Assembly (NCBI GenBank): GCA_039545335.1
Contig: BCIN01000011.1
Location: 62,001-126,000 of the forward strand
Reading direction: 5' to 3'
Origin: Kondoa subrosea
Taxonomy: Eukaryota
Length of the DNA: 64,000 nt
The first letter of the stretch is position 1, and each line of letters begins with the position of its first letter. The position numbers and the translations under genes were made by a program. The notes under the pieces were generated by a model that saw only the letters and a list, made by a program, of their open reading frames with translations, was not told the DNA's origin and did no database searches. Shown here in pieces: positions 53,401 through 64,000 of this stretch.

Positions 53401-53994
53401 TACCTGGCTTGAAAGGAGCGCTCATCAAGATCTTGCAAGACTTCAATTTACAGGTATGCAAGATTGAGATTATTCAGCTAGATCTGATGTGTTCCGATCT
53501 TCTATACAGATTTCCCTTATGGAAGGCTGCGAATCGATATTATACAGCGATTGTCGCTTGCTATCTGTGCGGCTCAACAAGGGTCAGACAAGAGCTTACT
53601 CTTGCACTCGTGAGTCGCTGCCCACGAAGATCAATTATCAATGCTTACTAACATCCGTGCAGCCGCTACAATTTGCGACGAATGCAATACTCAACTCTTC
53701 GATCAATCGCTCGGCCCAAATGCACCATCGACTAGAGCAGTCATCGTTATGTTTCTCTGCCGACACGTCTATCACGCAGGCTGTGCTTTTCCGTCGGTAG
53801 AAGCTAATCTTCCTTCAAGACCTGAACATGCTCTTTCAGCTTCAAACTCGCTTCTGAGTAGCGACAAAAAGGTACAAGATTTTGATGGACAGTTTCGCAG
53901 TCGGACTCGATTTGTAGCAGATCTGCGAACGCAGGTGAAGACTGTCTGTCCTCATTGTGAGCAGAAAGCGAAATTAGGCGTAGGGCGATCTTAA
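50497..53994 (+). CDS. VPS41: HOPS subunit Vps41
   Basis: EEPTLKYSRL, WD40 region (IALEPDF, IAWVNDEGVRIYD), PRDQSDHIAWL, clathrin-repeat region, C-terminal RING (CDEC..FLCRHVYHAGC..CPHC). Confidence 0.95.
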
Positions 53995-54043
53995 ATGTAC
54001 ATAGAATTCCACTTTAGAAACCCTCATGCATAACTATTACATA

Positions 54044-55933
54044 TTACAGATCTTCCTGTACTCGTTCAACCCCTCGTCTAACTTGCATAGCTGCTGCTTC
54101 TTGACCTAACGTGCTGTCTTCAAAAGGCGATATTGGAGCAGGCAGGAAGAAAGTTCTTCGCGGCCTTTCGTTATTCGCCGGCTGTTGTTCTGGTTCTTCA
54201 TCTACATCCATGTTTTTCCCATTTGTAGTGGGTGAGCCGCCCCTTGGTCTCCGCCTTCGTTGTGGTCTCGTAGATGCAGAAATCTCGTCTGCTGCTACAG
54301 GTTGAACTCGTTTCCGACCAAACGAAGAATAGGAAGTGATTGGTTCTGTTTCGTCTTCTGAGGATATATCATCGCCATACCGAGCGATATGAGCGTCTCT
54401 TGTCCGTTCTGTGCGAAGTCACCGTTGATAACATCAGTTCAAGACTGATGCTACCCGAGTGCTACGCACGAGATATCCTTGTATCGAGGTCTTCGTCTGA
54501 GTCATACTCTACTTCTGGCAGCGGTGGTGGAACGCTTTGCATTCCGACGCTGGGTGCGAAAGGTAGATGCCTCAAGCCGTCAATAACACTTGATCTGTGT
54601 TGCATCAAAGACCATCAGCCTAATTGGGCTATGGACTTCGATCATCGCACCTTATACCGTCAAGGTAGTTTTTAGAATTCTGATTATCCATATTGTTATT
54701 CGGTACATCCAATCGGAATTCAGGACCAAAGTATTCGATATACTCATTGAAAGGTAGATGAGGTGATTCGGCAGTGAGATCTATGTCTGCTAGTAGACCA
54801 GTTTCGTAGGCCCAAGTACGAGCGACGTTGCGAATTGTATAACCTCCTCCGCCTAACACCATGAGAGGGATATTGAAAGATTTGACAAAGGTGATACAGT
54901 CGGCATGACCTGTACAGTCCACTCAAAATCAGCAAGAAGTTTGCCAGATTTCACAAAGCACCGCACCTTTCATTGAAAGATTGAAAGATCCTAGCTTATC
55001 TTCCGCCAACGAATCCGCACCACATTGCAAGATGACTGCTCCAGGTCGATACCAATCCATAATTGCTTGTATGACCGGCCGAAACACGCCTCGATACGAT
55101 TCATCATCAATCCCATCTCTTAAAGGTACATTGACCGAATAGCCTTTTCCTTTGCCTATTCCTCTATCATGTAGATCTCCCGTTCCAGGAAAGAAGTCTC
55201 CAAATTTATGGAAAGAACAAGTCATGACTCTATCTGTTGTATAGAAAGCTTCTTCCACTCCATCGCCATGATGTACATCAATATCAATGTACAACACTCT
55301 TGCATGAACACGTAGGAATTCTAACAGAGCCAGTACGATATCGTTGACGTAACAGAAACCAGAAGCTTCCCTTTTCTTTGCATGATGTAAACCTCCAGCC
55401 CAATTGACTGCTATATCTGATAAACCGGTATTGAGTCTTTGAGCAGCAGCAATAGAACCACCAGCTGAGATAGCGCAGAATTCGAAAAGACCTTCAAAAG
55501 CTGGACAATCCGTTCCAATGAGATAACGAGTTTCTCTACCAGTTAATTCTTCTACTGTTTCTGGTGTGACTCGGGATAAGAAATCAATGTATTCATCCGT
55601 GTGGAAAGAAGTCATCTTGTGTGGTGTTGCTCGAGCAGGTCGAATAATGTCCAGATGCTTGTCTAGGCCGTAATTGACAATCAGATTATGGGCCATCTTT
55701 ATTCGATGAGGCTTCATGGGATGGTGCAGGGAGTAGGCATCTGGTATCTACATCAGCTACTGTCGGACTCTTTGTGATTAGAGCTCACAAGTGCCAATGT
55801 CATCTGAACGAGCGGAAGTCAATAAATGCGACACAGCTTGAATCAAGCAGCTTACTGTCGTAGTAGCTGCAGAATCATTAGTAAGGACTACTGATAGAAG
55901 TGACAGCACCTACTACGAGACTTTGCGAGGCAT
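54044..55933 (-). CDS. RPD3: Class I histone deacetylase (Rpd3/Clr6 family)
   Basis: [58 protein letters not shown]. Catalytic residues intact; exact orthologue (Rpd3 vs Clr6-like) not resolved. Confidence 0.93.
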
Positions 55934-56560
55934 TGCACTTTCTATCTTCAGCTCAAGCAGATCTTGCCTTTGATGCACCAATAGCCTTGTGCTGCTTCCG
56001 GCTACAAGCCTGCGCCTGTTCACTGGACTGACACTCGCACTACGATATCAAATGCAAAGCGCAGCTCTGGGGTATAGCGGTCGTCGAAATCAAGACTCAA
56101 AAGTGCGAGAACTCTTCGGATTCGTCCTTTTGCGAGATGCTAGGTGCTGTTCTTGCCTTCCTTTTCAATCCGTGCTACAATGCGTCTTGTGCCCTGTCTG
56201 CCTGTCTTTGCCGTAAAAATCTCGTGAAATCATCATATCTTGTCGCGAGGTCAAGTTCGCACTGCGTCGAATATCCCGGCTGTCTCTTTCCCTTCTCTCT
56301 CATTGCCCAGTCACAGCCCTCTTCGGGTCACAGGAAAGCCAAGAGCTCTAGAGAGAAACGGAGCTCGCGGCTAGCGGCGATGTTGAAGAAGAAGGCAGCT
56401 TCTGTGTTTGTTTCCCACGCAAAGATCCGGTCCACGCAAAGATCTGGTTGGCTGCTCTCTTGCTATCTCTCTCTCTTTCCAGCCCTTCCTCGCATCCATT
56501 TGACATCTGATTTCTTTCTCTTTATCGCTCCTATCAATTAACAGTCAATCCTCCATTCCA

Positions 56561-57653
56561 ATGCAACCAAGTATGATCCGCAACATTGGCTTAGCAGGTT
56601 TGTGAAGCCGAGATCTTAGCCAGTACTTTCCTGATCTTGTTCTTCATCAGGCCCAGCCTTCGTTTTCTTGGGTGGCATGGTGAGCGACCTCAGATCATAA
56701 TGGTATGAAGCCAAATCTGATCTCGATTGAAGTTTCTACTCATCGTCTCATTCGCATGCCCTATTGTCAATTCCGTCGCCTTCCTCAAAGCACCCGACGG
56801 AGTCAATTACTTGAGATCGCCTTTGCTATTGGGTCCGTATGGATGCGAGTGCGCCGTCGTGCTCTTGCGCCAACTGCTCAACCGTGTCTAAAAGTCGTCG
56901 CTGGTAACCAGCGTTATTTTGGGTCAGGCAATCTTCGCTTCAATATTACTCGTACGTCTTGCAAGCTAATTCTTCAGTATTCACTTTGAACGAGCTCTTG
57001 TTTCTAGCTTTACGTGCAATTGCGGTTCTCCACCCGGTTGCTGCAGCATTCGCTTTTCTGGCATTCACTGCTTTCACTATGAAGACCAAAACCAGTAATA
57101 CAAGGTCTCTGATTCCTGCTTTCACCTTTTTGGCTTTTATATTCGCATTCTTGTGAGTACTTACTATTCTTGACCTACTTAATTTCAACCTGATCGCTCT
57201 CCTCTCCAGTGCAATGGTTTTGGATGCCATCTTCTGGACTCGTACCAGAGATCAACTCAACACACACATAGCGTCAACTAAAGCTTTCTTCTCGCACGCA
57301 ATGTGGTTGATGATTGCTAGCGTATGCTTCCTTTGTGTTTCATTGGTCTGCTTCATCATTTTGGAAGGTCAGCTAGATCGCTGTATTGCTATTTTACAAC
57401 CTGCTTATGCATCTTTGCAGTGGTGGAACGTCATCAATCTAAGGCTGAAGCTACTTCATCTTATCTTCGTATTACCGAAGCAGTGAAAGAACGTACTCAA
57501 GATGCCCCGGAATTGGATTCAAAGACCTGGAGTTTGTTCAGACGCGTTTCTCTGGCACCATCTTATCGCACTACCGATCCAGAAGCAAGCGGGACCAGAT
57601 TCGCTTCTACTAATGCTTCCGACATGCAAAAGGAGCCTGTCGATGTGAAATAA
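56561..57653 (+). CDS. SUR7/PalI-family tetraspan membrane protein
   Basis: N-terminal TM, LLLGPYG, LRAIAVLHPVAAAFAFLAF, two further TMs and a soluble tail. Confidence 0.7.
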
Positions 57654-58678
57654 GTGTCGATGCAAGCAGGGAAAGAAGAAGAGGATTGGACTCCAGAAAA
57701 TTGCTGAATGGACAATATGCAAACAATTTAGAAACTTATATAGTACACTAGATTCAATATGGAATATAGAAACCTTGCCATTTATTGTCAATGAGCGCAA
57801 TATTCACAATTGTCGTGTTCTGAATCGGGAAAGATAAGCCTGGGCAAGCGAATGGAATAAGCCCACTATTGCATTAACGCGACATTAAATAGTGGCAAAG
57901 ATTGTGCAGACAAGAAGTCGAAATGCAAAATCGGTTTTGCAAAATCGGGTTTCATTGACGAAAGATGCAGAGTATGTTTGCCCTTTATACTACTCCGCAA
58001 GCTCGTTATAGAACGAGTGTCAGCTATTTTGTTCTTGATACTGACGAGCAGAGTCCTTGGTAGGGCGCGAATCGACATGCGATATGATAGGTTTACTTTA
58101 GCACTTTCGAGATCCAGAAGATATCTCAAGTTCGACAGATACGTGAGTAGCATGAAGCAGCGCATCCTCGAGCCTATGATGGTGCAGTGAGATCCCCGAC
58201 CTAAGCAACGGAGTTGCTGGGAGGGCTCTAACGAATTACGCCACACATGGTTTATGGCATTTCGAGTCTATAAAACTAGGTCGGGGATTAGCTTCGGCAG
58301 AGGCGGTTGTGATCTTAAGAGTTCAGGGAGTAGCAAAGTAATTTTGAAGACTCGACTTCATCGACGCAAGAAGAGCAGCAGACGCCCAGATCAGAGAGTA
58401 GAGTGACAAGATTGGTAGACTACAGCAGCTTGATTCGTAGGCACAAGCGCGGTACAGGGGAGTTCGCAAGATGATGTTCAGCAGAATACACTTGTGCATC
58501 AATCTGAGGCCACTCGATGGAGCCATCGGCTGCCAGCGCTGTTGAAAGTGCGGTATCTATGTCATGTGTATCTCTTTTGACGCGCACATCGTGGCCTTAG
58601 GTGAAAATGCATGAATATTGAATTCTGCACTCTTGCTCGAGCAGCGAGTGATCTTCTGCTGTCCCTCGCTCGACTATC

Positions 58679-60326
58679 ATGGAATCTCCACCTTTGCCTG
58701 CATTGTCACCTGGAACAGGCTTGGAAAGAGTGTCCTATTTTAGCGAGCATGATTCGCCAGCACTTAAGCGAGTCATAAGCCTGCGTCTGTTCATTCGTGT
58801 TTCTGTTTCCTGTCAGCTCATTCCATGTCTCAGCTCAAGTATGTCTGTAAGAAAGACACAAATGCGAATCTCATCAAGTTGCAGGGTTGCTATACACTGC
58901 TGAATGTGATCAAAGCTTGCGATAACTTCTCTCTACCTACCAGCCCGTGGTCTGCTTCCCGTATCCAGCAAGATCTTGCATCATCTCCTTCTGACACTCT
59001 CGTTCCTTTCTTCCTTTCTTTACCTTGGCCTTCAAGCAAACAGCAGCAACCGATAGGTTTCGTTCTTCCGCAAGTCTTGAGAGAGCTCGAGAACGATAAC
59101 GCGAAGATGTCCAGCATCAAATGTGATCCATGTTGGGTTTTCGCAAGGGAAGATGAGCAAGCACCTATTTGGGCTGTGGCATTTGCGCAATGGATAAACG
59201 AGGCTGGAGACGAGACTTTGCCCCTTCGGACTGAACATATGGATCGACTTGTGAGGAACTGGAAAGAAGCCGGCTTGTTTGCTGATCCATTGCAAGGTGA
59301 AATCTCTCCCCTTACATTGTTAAACCGCCATTCTGACGGCATAATAGGCTGGAGGGACGAGCGATATTGTGTCTGGGCACCTCACCAAGAGTCAAGTGAC
59401 AGCTCAGCAACACCTTTACCTGGAGGTTCGTAGCTGATTGACAAAGGCCAGAGATCAACAACTTATATTATCTAGGCAATGTCGGTCTACTGATGGAACG
59501 AGCTGCAACTCCACTCTTCAGCATAGCTACTTTTGGTGTCCATCTGACAGGTATGCTATGTTTCCTTTCTCGTTACATTTCACTGACCTAAGCATAATAC
59601 AGGGTACTACATTGACGAAAACAAGCAATATCACTTCTGGATCCCTCGGAGATCGGCTACTAAGCAGACATTCCCTTCGATGTTGGATAATTGCGTGGCC
59701 GGTAAGTCAGCACTGTATGAGTTTATTCAGCGCTCATACATAAATACAGGCGGAATAACCGAACGAGATGGGCCACTTGAATCGATCGTGCGAGAAGCTA
59801 TGGAAGAAGCATCACTTTCTGCTGAATTTGTAGAAGAGCGTATCAAGAGCTGCGGAATGATATCTTATGTAAGAAGATCAGTCGATACAGGATGGCTGTG
59901 AGTGACTAGACACACCTCATCAACCATGTGATATTAAAGCTGAGTGCAGATATCCTGAATGCGAATGGGTCTACGATTTGGAATTCCCTAACGATCGATC
60001 AGTCATTCCGAAACCGAACGACAGCGAAGTAGCAGGCTTCAATTGCTACACAACAGATGAGGTAGTCCAACTCATGTTAGATGGGCAATTCAAGCCGTAC
60101 GTTTACTTCTGCTAATCTGTAGAAAACGCTGATTTGCTGTTGACAGGAACTGCGCACTTGTGCAAATCGATTTCTTTATTCGTCATGGCTTATTGACCTA
60201 TGAATCGGATTCCCGTTTTATGGAAGTGTGTAAGAGCCTGTAGGTGCTATTCTTCTTCACCTGGTTCAGCAGCAGCTCACATCGCTGAGCAGACGTCGGG
60301 ATTTCATGCTTCCGGGACCGGCATAG
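58679..60326 (+). CDS. Nudix hydrolase, YJR142W/Tnr3-N-like (copy 1)
   Basis: IKACDNF, GWRDERY, MERAATPLF..FGVHLT|GY, WIPRRSATKQTFPSMLDNCVA|GG, REAMEEASL Nudix box, YDLE, FKP|NCALVQIDFFIRHG. Confidence 0.88.
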
Positions 60327-60414
60327 ACCCAGTATAAGTGAATAATATAACAGAACTGAAACTTGAGTTGTTGTACAATTGCAAACACTTGGAATAACAT
60401 GATAATACCCTTTT

Positions 60415-62612
60415 TCAAACGGCCATGATAGGAACCTTCTCTTCCACTTTTGGCGCTTGAGATGCTTGAGCAGCTTGTGCGAACATATGGTCGGCAAGCC
60501 CTTGAGCGAGCTGATAAGGAGGACCTGTACTACGTGTGAGCTTTGTGCCTGCATCGCGATGTAGATCGCCCACCAAAAGCGGCCAGGTAATCGGGCTTGT
60601 CCCCTCTAACGAAAACACCTCGAGGATTGGAAAACTCGAGGAAACCTTCTTTGCCATGATGACGGCCATAGCCAGAGTTGCCGCTTCTACGAACCACCGC
60701 GGCACATGAGCGAGAGTACGGAAATCTTTATTCGTTCTCACCCTCCGAAGCCCATTGATGGCAAAGCACCTGGGTATATCTCAGCAAGGTTCACTTTAGT
60801 ATCTGATGAGATCTACCTTGAACTGCAGCACAGTTGACAGAAGCTCCACCACTGCGGAAAGATGGAGATGAGTGAATAACGAAATGCTTCTCGTTTTATC
60901 ACTTACGAGTTTGTGTTGCTCAATACTTGCTCAATAGCAGCTTTATCCTCTCCATATACATACAGACCAAGAGGGCGAGGTTGAGAGTTGATATGATTGA
61001 TAGCGTCCTCAACTTGATCATAGGATTTGAGTGATAAGATTGGACCGAAGATCTCTTCCGATGCTACTCTGGTGTTAGGCTTGGCTTCAACTACCACGGT
61101 CAAAGGGATTTGTCGCTTATTTTGGCCGCTGGCTGCTTCTGACTCGAGTGTGACGACTTGCGCCCCGCTTGAAGTTGCTTCTTTGACCATGTCTTGAATG
61201 CGTTCCATGTGTTTGCTGTAAGAAGAGATGTGAATAAGCAGCCAAGTCGACCATCAAGCAAAACTCACGTGCTGATGATACCAGTGCAATCATCACTCTT
61301 TGAATAGCTAGGGAATTGACTTTTCATCGTTTCTTGCGCCAATTCAACGAACTTCGACATGTCGTTTTTCGCAACATGTACAGTGTCAACCGAGATGCAC
61401 ATCTAGTGAAAAATGCTCAGCTGAATGCGCTGATAGGACTGTATGATCTACTGACTTGACCGCTGAGAAGCATGATTCAGCATATAGCTCACAGTATAAG
61501 ATGTGCTACAACTTACTTTTTGACCATTTTGATGTTGATGATTGCATCAACATTGGCTTTGGTGACAGCTCCAGCAAGCATAATAGCAGGACACTAGAAG
61601 GTCTCAACAAACGAACCCGGTTCATAGAAGAGGACTCACTTTGCCGCCCAATTCTAACGTGAGAGGGACCTTTCAGCAAAGTTAGCGCAAGGCCACGTAC
61701 ATCGGAAGGCGATATCTACCAAATTAGTAGCCGCTTCTCTCATGATCTGCTTAGCTACACCAGGTGAACCTGCATACCAACGTCGGCATGCGTCATAGCT
61801 CGACAGAGCAACAGACTGACCAGTGTACAATAAGTGATTCCAAGGCATCTTGCTGAAAGCTTTTGAAAGCTCCAAATCGCCATTGACGACAGCGACAAGA
61901 TCACGAGGGAAAGTAGCAGAAATCATCTTCTCAAGTAGTTTTCCACAAGCAGGTGAGAGTTCGGAAGGTTTGATAATAACTCTATTGCCTGCTGCTAGCA
62001 TTTCGCACAAGGGTCCCACACTGAGGTCGAAGGGAAAGTTCTACAATGCGTGTTAGTACTGGGCGCAAGCTGGAAGCTGAGTCTTACCCCTAGCGAATGG
62101 TATTAGTATATGTTGCATGAAGTATTGTAGAACTCACATGGTACAATATTGCCAATGACGCCCTTTGGCTGATACCTGATGAACGCTCGTCCATTGCCAT
62201 AGATGTTCTCATCCGTATGGCGAACATCATCTGCTGTCCATTGTTCCAATTGTGATGACACATGCTGTAGATTCAACCGTCATTAGGGAGAGCATTGGTA
62301 ACAGGAAGAGCTTACCTGAGCACGACCAGCAGGACCTAAGACCTCGATTAAATCCGAAGCCCCAAATCTGCAACTCACAATATGTCAGCTTTGTGACTTC
62401 ACATGCAAGAACCATATGACCAACGGATGATTGCCAAAGTCAGCAGATAGAGCCTGTCTAATCTCCTCGCGATGCATCATCATCATCCCAGCGATTTTGG
62501 CCAGCCTGTTCTTTCGCTCATCCAATGACGGGTTCTGATCCTGGAGGAAGGCCTTGCTCTGCTCTTCGAAGATCTCATTCAGCGCTTCTATTGCTTTAGC
62601 ATCGTTCGACAT
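60415..62612 (-). CDS. Aldehyde dehydrogenase, coniferyl-aldehyde dehydrogenase (CalB)-like, ~12 introns including 2-nt and 7-nt micro-exons
   Basis: ADFGNHP, YQPKGVIGNIVPWNFPFDL, LAAGNRVIIKPSE, LYTGS, LELGGK, KNGQMCIS, EEIFGPIL, PRPLGLYVY, GFGG..GYGRHHG. Confidence 0.92.
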
Positions 62613-63174
62613 ATTTGACTTGGTGCTGGTGCTGAAGAGTCAAGACGCAAGTACAGTAAGAGTGCATGAGAAAGGGTCTAGCGGTTTGCCGGATGTACAG
62701 TAAGCGGTTCTCTTGACGCGGAGTCCATGTGGTTTGAAATAGTGCCGTGCTGACTGGCTGGAAGGGGACCAAGACTCATAGACGCGCCAATCTTGCCAAT
62801 CGAAAATTCGCCAGGTTCTTGATATAGCTGCCATTCGTTCTCTTCCTCTGCTGCTGTGTCTCTGTTCTTCCACATCGTATACCAGAGTTGTGGTGTATGG
62901 CTGTCTCCGGCGATGCTAAGTCAAATGGATGCAGTCTTCGGGCTATTGTTTCTCTTACACCTATTCTGCGAACAACTCTTCTTTCGCCTCTCTACGTGTT
63001 ACCAGTGGTTGCGCCGTTGATCTGCTCTTGGAGCCGTTTGTCAAACAAGTCCTGCGCAGTAGTCGTATCTCATGATGAAAGAGACAATTGTGTTACGTAA
63101 GCTTTTCTGTCAGATGATCTTATGATAATCTTAACGCCTCAATCTGCAGCCGAGGTGCGTCTTCAAAGCGGCCA

Positions 63175-64000
63175 ATGAGAGATGCACAGCCTCAAGTGTA
63201 TGTTAAACAGGGTCATACTACTCTGCTTCCTGTCATCAAAGCGGCTAACAATTTCACCTTACCTACTGGACCCTGGTCAGCCGAACGAATGAAGAAAGAA
63301 CTGCTTGAGTCTCCGGACGAAACCCTTGTCCCTTTCTTCCTCTCTCTACCTAAAGAGAATGAACCTCAACACCCTGTGGATTTCTTCTTCCACCTGTTCT
63401 CGCAGCCTTACAGGCTGATAATGTAGAAAACGAAAAGCGACCTTGTTGGGCTTTTGCGAGAGATAGCGAAGAGTCATTTGTTTGGGCTGTTGCTTTCGCG
63501 GACAGTCTGAACGAAACTACTGAAGCGGCCTTGTTTGAGCGTAACAAGCAGATGGATCGATTGATCAAGAAATGGATAGCTCAAGGTCAATTCGAAGTCG
63601 TTCTCAAAGGTAGGTTTGACGTTTGCTATTGTTACGAAGTGAATTCTAATGCCGCTCAGGGTTTCGGAATGAAAACTTCTTTGTGCCATTGCCTAAGGGA
63701 AAAGAAGACAGTCCGTCTGAAACTATGGGCTGATGTGTTCTCTTACTTTGATTGCCAGCCGGAATTGCTTTGGCCATTGACAGAGGAGCTGTTGGCCTGT
63801 TCAGCTTCTGGTCTCACGGGTCTCTGCTCACCGGTGAGCTGAAAATATAGATCTAGAGAAATAGACTATCTCATATCATGTTCAGGCTACTATATCGACA
63901 AGGAATCAGGCCAATATCGATTCTATGTGTCTCGAAGATCATTAACCAAGGCAACATATCCTGGTAAATTAGATTGCACAGCGGCCGGAGGAATTGCAGG
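63175..64000 (+). pseudogene. Nudix hydrolase paralog (copy 2), frameshifted near 63378; start uncertain, truncated by window end
   Basis: Aligns to copy 1 (TLLPVIKAANNFTLPTGPWS..TLVPFFLSLP; CWAFAR..WAVAFA; GYYID..YVSRRSLTKATYPGKLDCTAAGGI) but needs one extra G at cct-gtg-g(g)a-ttt. Confidence 0.75.

Noticed and set aside
57866..58526. 126-aa and 67-aa minus-strand ORFs
   Set aside because: No motif, alternative start codon and no clear splice model.
62640..62875. Short ORFs just upstream of the ALDH
   Set aside because: Could be uORFs, but there is no supporting feature.
1..64000. Stop-codon reassignment, CRISPR arrays, transposons, prokaryote-style defence operon
   Set aside because: In-frame stops in conserved genes are explained by spliceosomal introns. 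No spaced direct repeats, terminal repeats or transposase/RT motifs were seen.

Overview
Gene-dense fungal nuclear DNA with many short (~45-60 nt) spliceosomal introns. It is most likely a basidiomycete (inferred from intron style and gene content; not verified). About 35 multi-exon protein genes were reconstructed by hand-splicing. They are mostly housekeeping: SUMO E1 AOS1, IMA1, ATG22, cohesin RAD21, macro-domain POA1, ribokinase, histidine phosphatase, GMP synthase, RPS10, PFK-2, RhoGEF, mitochondrial uS13, chitin synthase activator SKT5/CHS4, ACL4, VPS41, a class I HDAC and a SUR7/PalI protein. No tRNA, rRNA, CRISPR or transposon was recognised. The most striking signals are: (1) a CalB-like aldehyde dehydrogenase whose conserved PWNFP tryptophan codon needs a 2-nt micro-exon, plus a 7-nt micro-exon next to the catalytic Cys; (2) that ALDH sitting between two paralogous Nudix genes, the second frameshifted; (3) a tandem pair of Yap-like bZIP paralogs, one with the invariant Asn replaced by His; (4) a double-domain Pat/YncA-like GNAT flanked by two MYND-finger genes; (5) a frameshifted C2H2 finger gene; (6) several GC-AG introns; (7) very tight gene packing. 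I found no clearly demonstrable new multi-gene system, so the cluster ideas below are hypotheses. CDS coordinates span introns, and exon boundaries are manual predictions.
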